A stretch of DNA of 64,000 bases from Sphaerodactylus townsendi (Eukaryota). Location of the stretch: positions 53,072,001 through 53,136,000 of the forward strand of contig NC_059437.1 in the NCBI RefSeq assembly GCF_021028975.2, written 5' to 3'. Positions 15,101 through 27,700 of this stretch are shown one piece after another. The stretch's first letter is position 1. Each line of letters begins with the position of its first letter. The notes below the pieces were generated by a model. The model saw only the letters and a program-made list of their open reading frames with translations. It was not told the origin of the DNA and ran no database searches. A program made the position numbers and the translations under genes.

Positions 15101-18100
15101 CCCTCTCTGGATGTGGCGAGGGTTTAGGCTGGCATAAGGATGTTCATGATGGCGGAGGGGCAAATCCACCGGTGCCCAGCCACTGCAGTGCCCTGCAATG
15201 GCTGGAGGTGATGCTTGGCTTTGAGCTGGCACTTGCATGCCGCCTCCCAGCTACCAGACATTCTGGGGGTGTTCCCAGGGGCGAGGACAACCTTGGCCTC
15301 CAGATCCCTCTTGGGCCCCAATACACCAGCGGAGCTGCTGGCCGAGCTATGCCATGATTTTCATAGCGTAGCTCTACTCTCTCCTATGGGGGAGCTGGAG
15401 GTGTTTTCTTTTAAAAAACAAACTTATTCGGGCTTCCAGCACTGCGGGAAAGTCCTGTGGAGCAAGCGGAGCACCACTGAAGCAGGTCAGTCTCACCCAC
15501 CTCAGCTCTGGATTGAGCTGTTAAAGTATCATTCCCTCCCATTTAATAATACTACAGTTAGGAGGAAACATTATACCATTAATAATCAAGTGGCAAAACC
15601 ACATACAACTGAATGTAAATATTTAACGTGTCCCTTATTTGTACTAAAATGCAGTACAACATTGCAGCAAAATAAATCACATCCATGCATGTACACAAAT
15701 ACATAAAATAGGATTTATACAGATTTCCTTTTCTCAACAGAAGGAGAAGGCTAAAAACAAATAAATACGTGAGCCTCTGTAGTCCAAGAAAACCTATTTT
15801 TTTAAAAAAAGATAAACAGTTTGTCATCAAAATGCCAGACACAAATTAATGCAACATGCTGATTTCCAGCCTTATCCTACAGCACTGTCCTGCTTCATGC
15901 TTGACCAGTACTTACCCCAATTTAGCACCAAGCCTGTGCATGCAGTTGTAGTCCACTAAAGGATCGTTTTCTAACGACGGAAATTCTTCATAATTGGTCT
16001 GTAAACAGGAGTCAAACTAAAAGTCAAGAAACATTATTTTCAGAATGCTTTGATCAAAACAGAATGCAGGAAATAAACGAAATCTAGCATTATTGCATTT
16101 GCCATCGTTGAGACATACTGTGCTCAGCTGATAGGAGAATTTCCCCTGTATTGTTCCTGTTGAAATGAGAAGGGAACTATGTCACTCTCAAATATTTCTT
16201 TCTTTCATTCCTATTTACTCTATCTAATTTAGCTATCAAAACATGTCCTCCCTTTCTTCATTGTTCAAGATGGCTAATAATAATAATAATAAAAAATATT
16301 TCCAGTTATAACCATAATAAAATAAAGCACAAATTGCTCCCCGACTCACACACACACAAATTTCCCACGGGGGCTTACAACTGAGCTGTTCTCAGTTGAT
16401 GCTACCCAAGATTACAACTGAAGCAAAAAAGCATGGGACATTAGAACATCTCTAGCTTAGAAAAGAAGCAAGCAGATACAGCACCTGCCAGGTTTTTCAG
16501 CACAAAGAGTCAGTTTAGTGTAGTAATTAAGAGTCAGACTAATCTCTAGAAGACCCCCGGTCAAATCTACACTTGTGCCACGGGAGTTTCCCGGTGACCT
16601 TGAGTGAGTCACATTCTATCACTAGCAGGACTCAAGTTAAAAATAACCCAAAGAACCTTAAAGTCAAAAAGAAGACTAATCAATTTTAATTAATTAATTT
16701 TGCCAATACAGCAACCTGAGCCTGTCAAACAATCCCTCTCTCCTCCTGAACTGTGTCACCATCATTCCAAAAGCAAGCAAAGCTCCACTACTTTGGCTTC
16801 CGGCTGCTCTTTCAGGCTCATTAAGCACATGCAGAATAATGCACTTTCAAACTGCTTTCAGTGCTCTTTGAAGCTGTGCGGAATAGCAAAATCCACCTGC
16901 AAACAGTTGTGAAAGTGGTTTGCAAACGCATTATTTTGCCTGTGCGGAAGTGGCCTCAGTGTTTGCCCCTTTTTACCATTTCTCTTCTTGATGCAGATTT
17001 GTTTTAAATCACCATTATTTTAATTGGCCATTCGTAATTTTTTGGGGGGTTTTTATATGCATATTTTGGAGACTTTAAGTGGAAAAGCAGCATATAAAAT
17101 AAACAAGATCACTATGCAGTAACCCTGGATCTGCTCACCTACTGAAAAGCAGCAGAAACACCAGACAACTCTTTCCAACTCTAGGAACCAGCAGGCACAA
17201 GTGGGGGCTCACTGCAAGCTGTCCAATGGCCTACAGCCTACCCTCCCCCTCAAAAAAAACCTTGAGTTACAAACAGGACAGAAGTGTGTCCTCCAGACAC
17301 AGGCATACCTCAGTTCTTTTGGCGAAGAACCGCGTCACCCGGAGCATGTGGGTATATTCCGTCAGTTCGAGAAGGTTCTTCCTCAGCTTCTCTTTGTTTC
17401 TCGTCACTTCTCTCAACTCCGCCTCCAGCTTCTGCAGTTGCTCCTACGGCACAGGAAGACAGCAGGGACTCACGGTGGTGATTTTTAACTCTATGCTGCA
17501 TTTTGCCAAGCTAATTACCTACAAGCAGCTGCAAGACAGCATTCAATAGCTAATCCTTGAATTAATTCAAGCCGTTATTTGCCCACAAAACAATAAGCAT
17601 GGGACAAATTCCTTTGCTAATGACAATGAAGCACATATTTCTAAACTTTGCACAGGAACAATGAACTATTTGCTGCACTGGTTAACTGTGAAGCCTCAAC
17701 TCAGCTATGGAGACTACAAGGGCGTAACCTGACTCACAGGGGTTGCTGTGAGCATCACACGCTATCTTTAGGTTTCCCAAAGGGAGAAAAGAGTAGCAGA
17801 CACAAAGCTGGCAAGTTTTCTGGATTACCACCCAAATACAGGAAAAGAAATGCCCTACTTGTATTTCCAAATATTCCTGTTATCCAAAATTACCTGCATC
17901 TCCAACATTTGCTTAAGCAGAGGGGCAGGAGGTGTAGTTTCTCCTTCAGGAAGAGGAATGTCTGCCTTCTTAATTTCTTGCACCAGGTATCCTGGAAAAT
18001 GCAAAGCAAAGAGCTTGAAAAAAACCTCAAAAGGATGTATTTCTATTAAATAAACATAAGAGCTGGATCGGTGTGTCGTTTCACACAGTAGCCAGACAGA

Positions 18101-21100
18101 TGCCCTGGGAGTCCTGAGTTCAAGTCCCCATTTAGCCATGAGAGTGACTGGATGATCCCAGGCCAGCCACTTTCTCAATTTCAGAGCTGTGTGGGGGAGG
18201 GACAAAAGGGAGTTGGGGTTGTGCATGCTGCCCCTTGGAAGCAAGACTGGAGGGGGGGAAAAGATGGACTGATTGATGGTGTCTTCCTCACTTGTAACAT
18301 ACTGAGGATTTGTGTTCAATTTTTGGGATATGGCGGTATAAAAATCAAACTAATAAATAAAAAATAAATAAATTTTAATATCAAAAGGGCATAAGGGAGA
18401 GGTGGCCTGGGCTCCAGCTTATCACCTCACCATCTACCATCTCAGGCTCTGTCATAATCAGTTCATTTGATCCTGCCATGTCTCCTGTCTAGGTTGCGGG
18501 AACTTTTCTCTTCTCATTCCCGCTCCCTGATGTGCTTATGTTTTTTTGCTTTGCTTCTCAGGCCTTATCAGCTCAAACGACACCTGCTGTTGTAGCTCTG
18601 TCAGTAGTGAGGAATGCAGGTTGTTTTGACCCAGGAGCGAGGGATTGGAGGGGTGCCATCCCCCCTTGGGAACTGGTAGGCAGGGGTGGGGTGACATGAT
18701 GTGGGGTATAATGGTGGCTGTAATGCTGGCTATGCTTAGTTCTTGCAACAGAAGTCTAAATGCTTATTCCTGATGCGGTTTCAACCAACTCAATCTCAAT
18801 TATCAGAGCTAAGCTGAAGGAATTTTAGTCAAGGGATCGAAGAGAGGTTTTGGCTAGGGAGTGTCCAACATTTTGCCTCTGAGGCTTTGAAGTACTATTT
18901 CAGCCATAAGAAACGAAGGAAGTATTTATCTGGTGTATTGCCTGAAATCACACCACCTCCCAAAACTGGAATTCACTGTTTACTGATGCTCCTGGCAGAA
19001 ACAGTTTGTCCTAGAAAGAGACCCGGGCAATCAACACATAGCAAAAGTTTGGCACTGCTGCGGAGTTCAAGAGCTTCCAGTCATGTGGCACACTGACAAG
19101 CGCAGGGCACTATAGCAGAGAGAAAGGAGACGAACCCTCACCAGGAACTCCAGTTAGGAAGTGGCAGGATGTAATTTTTTTTATTAATCAAATGAATTAA
19201 GATCAGATTTCTTAAAGGGTGGAGAGAATTAGGACTAATAAAAGGAAACACTTCTTCACGCAACGTGTGATTGGTGTTTGGAATATGCTGCCCCAGGAGG
19301 TGGTGATGGCCACTAACTTGGATAGCTTTAAAAGGGGCTTGGACAGATTTATGGAGGAGAAGTCGATCTATGGCTACCAATCTTGATCCTCTTTGATCTG
19401 AGATTGCAAATGCCTTAACAGTCCAGGTGCTCGGGAGCAACAGCCGCAGAAGGCCATTGCTTTCACATCCTGCATGTGAGCTCCCAAAGGCACCTGGTGG
19501 GCCACTGCGAGTAGCAGAGAGCTGGACTAGATGGACTCTGGTCTGATCCAGCTGGCTTGTTCTTATGTTCTTATTAGATGCACAGAGGCAACACAGAACC
19601 TGAATCACATGGGGTTTGATTTGACTTATAGGCCACACTTTCTCTTATGGGCTCAAGGCACCTTACAACAGATAACTAGATAAAACTATAAAATGATCCA
19701 TAAAACCATAGGATAATCCAGAATAAAACAGAAGATCAACAGTAGATCTTATTTGCATCAACAGTACGATTATATCAACCAAGGGAGGAAATTAACTATA
19801 GTTCCCCATAACATATCACTCATGAATAGGACAAGGAAAAAGAAGGGGCGGGGGACGACGACAAAGAGTTTGGTGGATCGAGCACAGGATCCCCAGTATA
19901 AACTACATTCCAGCTATGTGTTTACTGAGCAATCTTGACCAAGTCATTCTTCCCCCTGGCTCAGAATCATGCTGGAAGGCAAGAGAAAGATACCCTTTTC
20001 TCCTTTGCTGAAATTGTCAGCATCAGGAAAATGTCATATGCAAAACAGCACTGAAGCAAATAAGAACGCTTGCTGGGGAAAGCCTATCTTGTTTCACAGC
20101 AGCTTAAGCACATGAGGAAGCAAGGAACACATACGTACCTAATATCCTTTCCATTTCTTCACATTTCTTTACTTCGCCCACATATTTCCTCTGGAACACA
20201 CTGGTGCTTGGATTGAGCTAGAAAGAAGGAAACGTGTTATTCGTCCTAGCTCGAGTTCCTTTCCATTCCAGGAGTTAATCCAGTGACAAAAATTCTGTTC
20301 TGACTGAAACTGGAACAATGAACAGGAATCTTATGACCCCTTAGAGACCGACAAGTATTTCTTCTAACTTCCGGGGACGAGAACCCAGTTTGTGAGATGC
20401 AGAACTGGGGGCCCTGCAAGAAGAAGTAATGCATCCAGATTCTGATACCAGTCCCTCACTTGTCCTGGCAAGAGAAATGCTTCTTCCTGCACTTGGAGAT
20501 TTATAAGTGTAGGAGTAACTCTGGGGGCACTCAAATGCTTGCATTTTCCCAGTGAACTGCAAGTCCTAACCTCCCCAACACTAGAGATGGCTCTGGAAAC
20601 TCAAAAGAAGAATATAACATACACAGATTTGGAGGTAGTGGGAAAAAAACTGCAACCTAACCCACCTATGACAGAAGGCACTCTGGGAAGAAGAAGCAAT
20701 TTGGACATAAGAACATAAGAACTAGCCTGCTGGATCAGTCCATCTAGTCCAGCACTCTGCTACTCGCAGTGGCTCACCAGGCACCTTTGGAAGCACACAT
20801 GCAGGATGTGAAAGCAATGGCCTCCTGCTGCTGCTGCTCCTGAGCACCTGGACTGTTAAGGCATTTGCAATCTGAGATCAAGGAGGATCAAGATTGGTAA
20901 CCATAGATTGGTAGCCATAGCTCGGTAGCCATACATCGACTTCTCCTCCATAAATCTGTCCAAGCCCTTTTTAAAGCTATCCAGGTTAGTGGCCATCACC
21001 ACCTCCTGCGGCAGCATATTCCAAACACCAATCACACGTTGCGTGAAGAAGTGTTTCCTTTTATTAGTCCTAATTCTTCCCCCCAGCATTTTCAATGGAT

Positions 21101-23359
21101 GCCCCCTGGTTCTAGTATTGTGAGAAAGAGAGAAAAATGTCTCTCTGTCAACATTTTCTACCCCATGCATAATTTTATAGACTTCAGTCAAGACATAAGA
21201 AGAACCTGCAGACCACGAGTCCATCTAGTCCAGAATCATGTCTCACAGAAAGGCATATCAACTGCCTTGGAGGACAACACAAACTGGACATAAAAGCCAA
21301 GTCCTTCTCCTGATGCTGCCTACTAATGCTGGTGTGCGGAGGCTCCTGTCAGTCACCATAACTAATAGCCACTGATGGAACTCTTCTCCTCAAATACATC
21401 TAACCCGCTTTTACAGCCACTTGTGATTGAGACCATAATTACATCCACCGGCAGTGAATTCCAGTTTATTTACACACTGAGTAAAGAACTACTCTTTTTA
21501 TCTGTTCTGAACCCACTACCCATTGACTTTATTAGGTGATCCTCAGTTCTGCTACTATGGGAGAAGAATAACCTCTCTATCCTAAGCATGATTATATAAA
21601 CCTCTATTGTGTCTTCCCTTAACCATCATTTTTCTAGGTGGAAAAGTTCTGCATTCCCCAGTCTTTCCTCGTAGAAAAAGAACATCAGTATCTTAATGAT
21701 CTTGGTTGCCTCTTTTGTACTTCTAGCTGTGTAATATCCTTTTTGAAATACAGTGCACAGAAATTCAAGCTCATACAGTAATCCAGTGAGGCCACAACAT
21801 AGCTCTATAACAGGGGTAGGGAACCTGCGGCTCTCCAGATGTTCAGGAACTACAATTCCCATCAGCCCCTACCAGCATGGCCAATTGGCCATGCTGATAG
21901 AGGCTGATGGGAATTGTAGTTCCTGAACATCTGGAGAGCCGCAGGTTCCCTACCCCTGCTCTATAACATCTTACATAAGCCGTAAAGCTTTTCAACAGCA
22001 GCTGACGCATTCACCTGCCTCCAGTTTACAGCAATTAAGCAATATGTGTACATACAAACATCCGTGCCCTACCTGTGACTTCCGCTCCTCTAACCTTTAC
22101 TCTGTCAGTCAAAGTCTCTCACACTCTGAAATGATTCTGCCCATTGTATCTGTAACTAATTTAATTACGCTTTGCAATTGAATTCAGGCCAAGAAAACAT
22201 CCAATGGATAATCTACTCAGATTCTAACCTTTGAACTGTTCAATATGCTAAAATAAATAATACTTCGTGAAATGTATTGTCGAAGGCTTTCACGGCCGGA
22301 ATCACTGGGATGTTGTGGGGTCTCCGGGCTGTATGGTTGTGTTCTAGCAGCATTCTCTCCTGACGTTTTGACTGCATCTGTGGCTGGCATCTGATGCCAG
22401 TCACAGATGCAGGCAAAACATCAGGAGAAAATGCTGCTGGAACACGACCATACAGCCCGGAAACTCCACAACACCCCAGTTACTTAGTGAATGTATTCAA
22501 ATAATGTTATGTTATTGCTTTTAATCTATTTTATTATTATTCTGCTATGGCCCATACTAAAGACTGAATTACTCTCTTCCTGTTCTTTCTCGCTTTTCTA
22601 TGTACCAGGAACACCCCCAGAACATCAGCATAATGCCTCCTCCGGGCCTTCTTTCCAATACTGCCTTGAAAACCATCCTTTCCCTCTCACCTATCTATTA
22701 ACCTGCACCCTGACCCAGGATGGCCAGACTAGCCCGAGCTCATCAGATCTCAGAAGCTTAAGGAGGGTCAAGCCTGGTTAGTACTTAGACAAGATGTGAA
22801 CCAGATGTGTTTCCACACTTCCACATTCCTGCTGGGTGACCTTGGGCTAGTCACAGTTCTCTCAGAACTCTCTCAACCCCACTTACCTCATAAGGTGTCT
22901 GTTGTGGGGAGAGAAAGGGAAAGGAGCTTGTAAGCCACCTTGAGTCTCCTTACAAGAGAGAAAGGTGGGGTATAAATCCAAAGTCTTTTTTTCTTCTACC
23001 AAAGAAGGGGCTGGCAGGGGCTGATGGGAATCGTAATCCAGGAATACCTGGCGGCCCAGAGCTGGACACCCCTACTGTAAGATCTTCGGGGCAAAGGTCA
23101 CAATCGAGACCCTCCCCCTCAACTACTCTAACGGGATGGAGGCAACAGACCGGGTACGAACCATACAGTCCTAAACTCGGGTTTACGAGCCGCATCACGT
23201 CTGGACGCCACTCTGCGTGACAGACCCGCCCGCCCCACTCACGTCTCTGAAGTGGGCCAGGCCGCGCTCGCCCAGGGCGCTGAGGCACTCGTAGGCCGAG
23301 CCCGCCTGCAGGAAGAGCTGGGCCAGGCACATCGTCTCGCTGCGGAACAGGGAGCCCAT
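184..23359 (-). CDS. ATP6V0A2: V-type proton ATPase 116 kDa subunit a2, coding exons 1-17 (exons 18-20 lie left of the window)
   Basis: Exons (minus strand): 23243-23359, 20139-20217, 17894-17991, 17309-17443, 15916-16016, 14826-14952, 14145-14227, 12232-12325, 10118-10330, 9304-9454, 7923-8062, 7121-7278, 6155-6242, 4205-4323, 2788-3001, 1470-1589, 184-303. All introns are GT-AG with consistent phases. Translation: [18 protein letters not shown]... [29 protein letters not shown]... [14 protein letters not shown]... [27 protein letters not shown]. This is the a2 isoform, and synteny with TCTN2 agrees. Confidence 0.97.
511..999. mobile_element. Non-autonomous hAT (Charlie-type) MITE
   Basis: TIRs CAGTGATGGCGAACCT / AGGTTCGCCACCACTG; exact 8-bp TSD GTATAGTG. 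Confidence 0.85.
3122..3211. mobile_element. Short palindromic hAT MITE (internally deleted)
   Basis: TIR CAGGGGTAGGGAACCTGCGGC; 8-bp TSD AACTAGAT. Confidence 0.8.
3625..3820 (+). mobile_element. 5S rRNA-derived SINE-like element; partial second copy at ~22706-22790
   Basis: ATCAGATCTCAGAAGCCAAGCAGG...CCTGGTTAATACTGGATGGAAGACC...GGAATACC resembles the 5S internal control region. It is followed by a tail (TCTCTTGCCTTGAAAACC) shared with 12950-12990. Confidence 0.6.
5433..5868. mobile_element. hAT MITE
   Basis: Ends CAGCGATTCCCAACC / GGTTGGGAAACACTG; TSD CTCTAAAG / CTCTAAGG; related to 48256-48585. Confidence 0.7.
7384..7472 (+). repeat. Compound microsatellite (GAA)n(GAT)n(GAG)n, expanded SINE tail
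   Basis: Read directly from the sequence; abuts SINE sequence ATATCCCCCCCC...AGGAGACT. Confidence 0.9.
8973..9488. repeat. 75-bp direct duplication (8973-9047 vs 9414-9488) of the ATP6V0A2 exon-10 acceptor
   Basis: 74/75 nt identical, offset 441 bp. Confidence 0.9.
11532..12170 (+). mobile_element. CR1 LINE 3' fragment
   Basis: Degenerate ORF2 C-terminus ([33 protein letters not shown]) and the CR1 tail TTCCAACTCTATGATTCTATGA. Confidence 0.85.
16815..16955. mobile_element. 141-bp non-autonomous DNA element (Harbinger-like); further copies at 8460-8600 and 40000-40140 (inverted)
   Basis: Three highly similar copies with imperfect TIRs (GGCTCATT...GGCC); 3-bp TCA flanks in this copy. Confidence 0.6.
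19217..19573 (+). mobile_element. CR1-clade LINE 3' fragment (TTCTTATG-tailed family); shorter tails at ~4525-4697, ~12773-12838 and ~31897-31999
   Basis: Encodes [21 protein letters not shown]; tail GTTCTTATGTTCTTA; near-identical 5'-truncated copies elsewhere. Confidence 0.8.
20706..21185 (-). mobile_element. CR1-clade LINE 3' fragment (same family, inverted)
   Basis: ORF 20856-21224 encodes [32 protein letters not shown]...[14 protein letters not shown]. Confidence 0.8.
21811..21958. mobile_element. Palindromic hAT MITE
   Basis: Near-perfect 148-bp palindrome; 8-bp TSD CTCTATAA. Confidence 0.85.
22273..22478. mobile_element. Older palindromic Penelope-like-element-derived insertion
   Basis: Diverged copy of the same element (TGTATTGTCGAAGGCTTTCACGGCCGGAATCAC...). 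A single-arm fragment is also present at ~23860-23955. Confidence 0.65.
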
Positions 23360-23800
23360 CGCCGAGGGGAGCCGGAGGAGCGGCGGCGGCGGCTTCTTCA
23401 CCGGCCTTCCGGTCGCCTCCCCGCCCGCGTCGCGGACAGGTGCCGAATCCGGGGTCTGGCAGCGGGGTCTTCCATGGGCTGCACCGGCCGCCGGCGCTTC
23501 CCGCTCCCGGCTCCTTCGGGCTCTCCCTCAGCGCTCCGGCGAACCTGAAGGAAGCGGCCGACCCACCAGGCCGTAGAGATTGAGACCGGAAGTGGGCTAG
23601 AGCGACGCGACGCCTCAGGTAGCCGGCACTTCCGGCTTGGTCCTCTGCCCGTTGTCGAGGTGTCGCCTTGGAGACGGCCGATGCAGCTACCGGCTCTAGC
23701 GGAAGTCTTCTGTGTTTCTCTCCGGAATGGTCCCAGCCGGCTTCTGGGGAGAAGAGGGGACTGAAGCTTCCCTCGCTTTCTGCCGCATTAGTGCCGAGCT
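23190..23800 (-). promoter_or_regulatory. CpG-island promoter of ATP6V0A2
   Basis: Dense CpG around exon 1. ETS/GABP motifs ACCGGAAGT (23585-23593), ACTTCCGG (23628-23635) and GCGGAAGT (23699-23706). RFX-like GTCGCCTTGGAGAC at 23662-23675. Confidence 0.75.
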
Positions 23801-24743
23801 TCGGCTTTTAAGGACATCTATAAAGGAAAGTTTGTCTTGCAATAAAGCAATCTATATTACTGGTTGTGGTGGGCTTTCCGGGCTGTGTGGCCGTGATCTG
23901 GCAGATCTTGTTCCTAACGTTTTGCCTGCATCTGTGGCTGGCATCTTCAGAGGTGTATCATGGAGGGAAATGTGTAGATCCTGACCCTATACCCAACATA
24001 GAGTCCACCATCCAAAGCCACCCATTTTCTCTAGGGTAATTGGTCTCTGTTGGCTGGAGATTAGTCGTAATAGCATACCTCCAGGCCCCCACCTGGAAGC
24101 TGGGAAGCCCACTTTGAAGTAGGGGCAGTCCAGGTTTTTAGCTCAGGAGTCTGCCACCTTATTCTCCTGCTTGCGTGAACCGTGTCTTGAGGATGAGAAT
24201 GGACCTGGACACACGATCTTGTAATTCTGCATGCCAGATCCCTGAACCAGTTCCAAAGGGCCACATGCATGACGTGTATGTCCTGCAACATGTCCAATAG
24301 TTTGTTAAATAAAAACAGTCTGGGCAGCTAGGGTACCAATAAATCAAATGTAGTAACAAAAATTAGTAATCAAAGCACTAAAAGTAAGGCAACAGAAGCT
24401 TAAAAACATTAGACTCAAAATCCATAAAATCACAATTATGAGACTAAAATAAGTAGCAAAACAGTTACTTAAAAGATGTTTAGCAGCCATAAGAACAGGC
24501 TTAAAAAAACCAAAAGGCCTCCCCAATTTCCTGGACCTTCCCTGAATAAACAAAAAAAGTAGTCTTGTGGGTTTAAAGACAGACACATTTTAAAGACAGA
24601 TTTTTATTTCACAATTATTTGCACTTATAAAAATACATAAAAACTGTACATATTCTCTTTCCATACCCGTTCAATACTACTTATTTAAAGGAATAAAAAA
24701 CCCAATATCAAAACAGTTCTTTTTATGCTGGTAAAGTGAAGAC

Positions 24744-27700
24744 TTATGTTTTATTCCACGCTTCACAAATTCTTCTCCCAAGATCACTCAGCATGACAGC
24801 AATTAAGATGAAAAACACCAGCACCAAGCCTTTGGCGAGAGAATGTGAGTAGGGTTCACCTGACAGAATTTGAAACAGAGATTAGCAGCATGACACTTTG
24901 AATCCTTTATGTAAATAACAGTCCAACCCAGACTGCTGTGGTGCTGCCCCCCACCCTTCCAAAGGACTTTCCTGCAGCACAGGAAGCCCAAAAAGTAAAA
25001 AGAAAAAAACTTCTAAGAGTCCCCATGGGGGAAAGCAGAGACAAGCTACAAAAAGTGTGGTGTATCTCTGAGGCTGGCTCCGCTAAAGCATGGGGCATGA
25101 CTGGGCAGTGGAGGCCAACTAAGGTCGGCCCTGCTGGAGTAGCGTTTTGCACCAGCGGGCCTGGGCAATGACGGCAGCTTCCCGGTCGGGCACTGCAGAG
25201 CCACGCGGTGCCCAGCCAAATACCCCCTCTGCTGGCACATTTGCCCCTTGCGCTGGCAGAGTCTACTGCAGTGGTTCTCAACCTTCCTAATGCTGCGACC
25301 CTTTAATACAGTTCCTCATGTTGTGGTGACCCCCAACCCTATATCCATTTTACAGATGAAGAACACTGATGCAGAGAGTCATAGGCGACCCCTGTGAAAG
25401 GGTCGTTCGACCCCCAAAGGGGTCCCGACCCCCAGGTTGAGAACCACTGGTCTACTGTCAGTCAATTTCAGTAGGAGCCCTGGGCTTCAAAAGCAAAATA
25501 AGCTGTAAGAGGGGTAAAGCTATCTGATTATAACACTTCTTACAGATTCTTCTTCCAAAGCTCTAGATGAGACATTGGAATGTCTGTCAACTGTCAAGAG
25601 TTTACTCCCATTACATTGGTGTTGGTTTTTTTACCTGTGTAGAAGCGTGTCAGAGGGTAGAAGAGTTTTGGCCAGCAAACATCATTTCTCTGGCAGTCAA
25701 ATTCCGTGTAGTTAATCTGAAATCTGCAAAACAGTTCAAAACAGTATTACGAACAGGCCACAGTTTCAGCAAAAGGCCAACTAAGAGGGACAGGATTTCC
25801 TCTGGCTCATAGTGGTTCTCCTGGTAGTAATGACTAGGCAATTCCAGTCTAATTTATTTATTTAATGTATTTTATTCAGTTTATCTCACAGGCTCAGGGC
25901 AGCTTCCAGCATATAATAAACAATAAAATCATCACATTAATTACTATTTAAAACACAAATAGCAACTAAAAAATCCATCTTAAATTCATTAAAAGCCTAA
26001 ATGTAATACATTTTGATCATACAAAAACTAAACAGTGGGGAGAGGGAGGGCATTTAGATGGTAAAAACTGTAGCTGCCTCAACCATCTGCATCAAGCCCC
26101 ACAGGGCCCTGGTCTCATTGGACAAAGTGTTTATTTATTTATTTATTTATTTTTGAGGCTTCTATACCGCCCCATCCCCGAAGGGCTCTGGGCAGTGTAC
26201 AACAGATAGAAGTAACAATATAAATTAGTTAAAACATTAAAAGCAGCAATAAAACCAGAGAGTAATTCTAACAATTAAACAGTGAGCATCAAGGAGATGA
26301 AAATATGAATGGCGTCCAATATCCCAATTTTAAGATCCCCTCCCCCCCCCCCAAAAGGGAGGCTTGATGGTCTCGTTAGATGACAAATGGCCCAGATGTC
26401 AGGGCCAAACGAGAGCCAAACGAGGGCCAAACTAGGGAGGGCACCACTATCAGCGGCCAGTTCCTCCAAAGGCCTGGCGGAACAGCTCCGTCTTACAGGC
26501 CCTGTGGAATTCACCAAGGTCCCACAGGGCCCGGACAGCTGGCGGAAGAGCATTCCACCAGAGTGGAGCCAGGGCTGAAAATGCCTTGGTCAAGACCAGT
26601 CGGATATCTTTAGGTCTTTTTTGTTTTTCTATCCAACCAAGCCTACCTTTTCCCTCATACCATTACGATATATCTTTCTAACAGAATCATGATAATTGCA
26701 TCCAAGGGTTACCTTGTCTTTGGGACAGGAGGCTGCGCTGGTATTTTGATAAACTGAACTGCAGCAGAGATGGCAAGAGAGACCGTTCTATCTTCACAGA
26801 TAAGTGGACACTGAGCTTGCCAAGTAATTGTTGAAAAACTGAAGGGTGGAAGGGGAAAACTATTATTTAAAAAAGGGAAACCTCAAGCAGCAACTATTGT
26901 ATTGTTGTAGTATCATTGGTTTATCAGTGTAACAGAATAATTCCTTCTCAACTGGGTCGAAGGTGGATCTTGTTTTTAATACAAAAGCAATGCAGCCTGC
27001 ATTTGGCTAAACAATCTGAAACTTTCAAGGGTTTTTCCTTTCACCCAATAGTCACCAAGCCCCTTCTTCCTTATGCAGCACAGTTATAGCCCTTACGGCT
27101 GGAAGGAAAGCTTCTCAAGTACATGGACAGGAAGGAAAGCTTCTCAAGTACATGGACAGCCCTGATTAAATCTTAGAAACCAGTGTGTGTGCATGGAGGG
27201 GTGTCTGAGAAAGACTTCAAGTGGTTGGGGCAAAAAGCATGAATACAGTTCCTTATCCCTCCCTGTGACTAAACAAAAGAGAATCATGAGGATATGCCTT
27301 ACTTAGCCTTTCTTGGCACACAGCTTTTCCAATGCACACACACAATCCTGATTGTAACAGGCCAAGCAAAGGAGTAACAAATGGAAATTGCTTTTCAACT
27401 GATGACTGTGTCTATTACACTGGCAGGGGATGGAAACCAGTGAGTGAATTTGCAAATGTATGAAACTGCAAAGAAGGTTTTAACAGGAATCTTTGGGCAC
27501 CTTAAAGACTAATAAGTGTCTACTTTAGCAAAAGCTTTTGGGAACCAGAGCTCGCTTTGTAAAGTGCAACTGTGAGACGGTTAGGCAAGTTACAGCAGCT
27601 CTGTCTGATATAGGTACTATCTGATATGAAGTTGCCATACCTGATTTGCACCCCCAGTATTTCTTGCTGTGGAATTCCTTCTACTGCACCCACATCAGCT

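Noticed and set aside
19138-19638. 166-aa minus-strand ORF
   Set aside because: Antisense translation of a CR1 3' fragment.
23360-23401. N-terminal extension [14 protein letters not shown] of ATP6V0A2
   Set aside because: Starts at GTG; the conserved start is MGSLFRS at 23359.
27101-27158. Exact 29-bp tandem duplication (others at ~3403-3600, ~28325-28390, ~34758-34820, ~37216-37265, ~42460-42512)
   Set aside because: Ordinary intronic slippage duplications; no spacer-repeat (CRISPR-like) structure.
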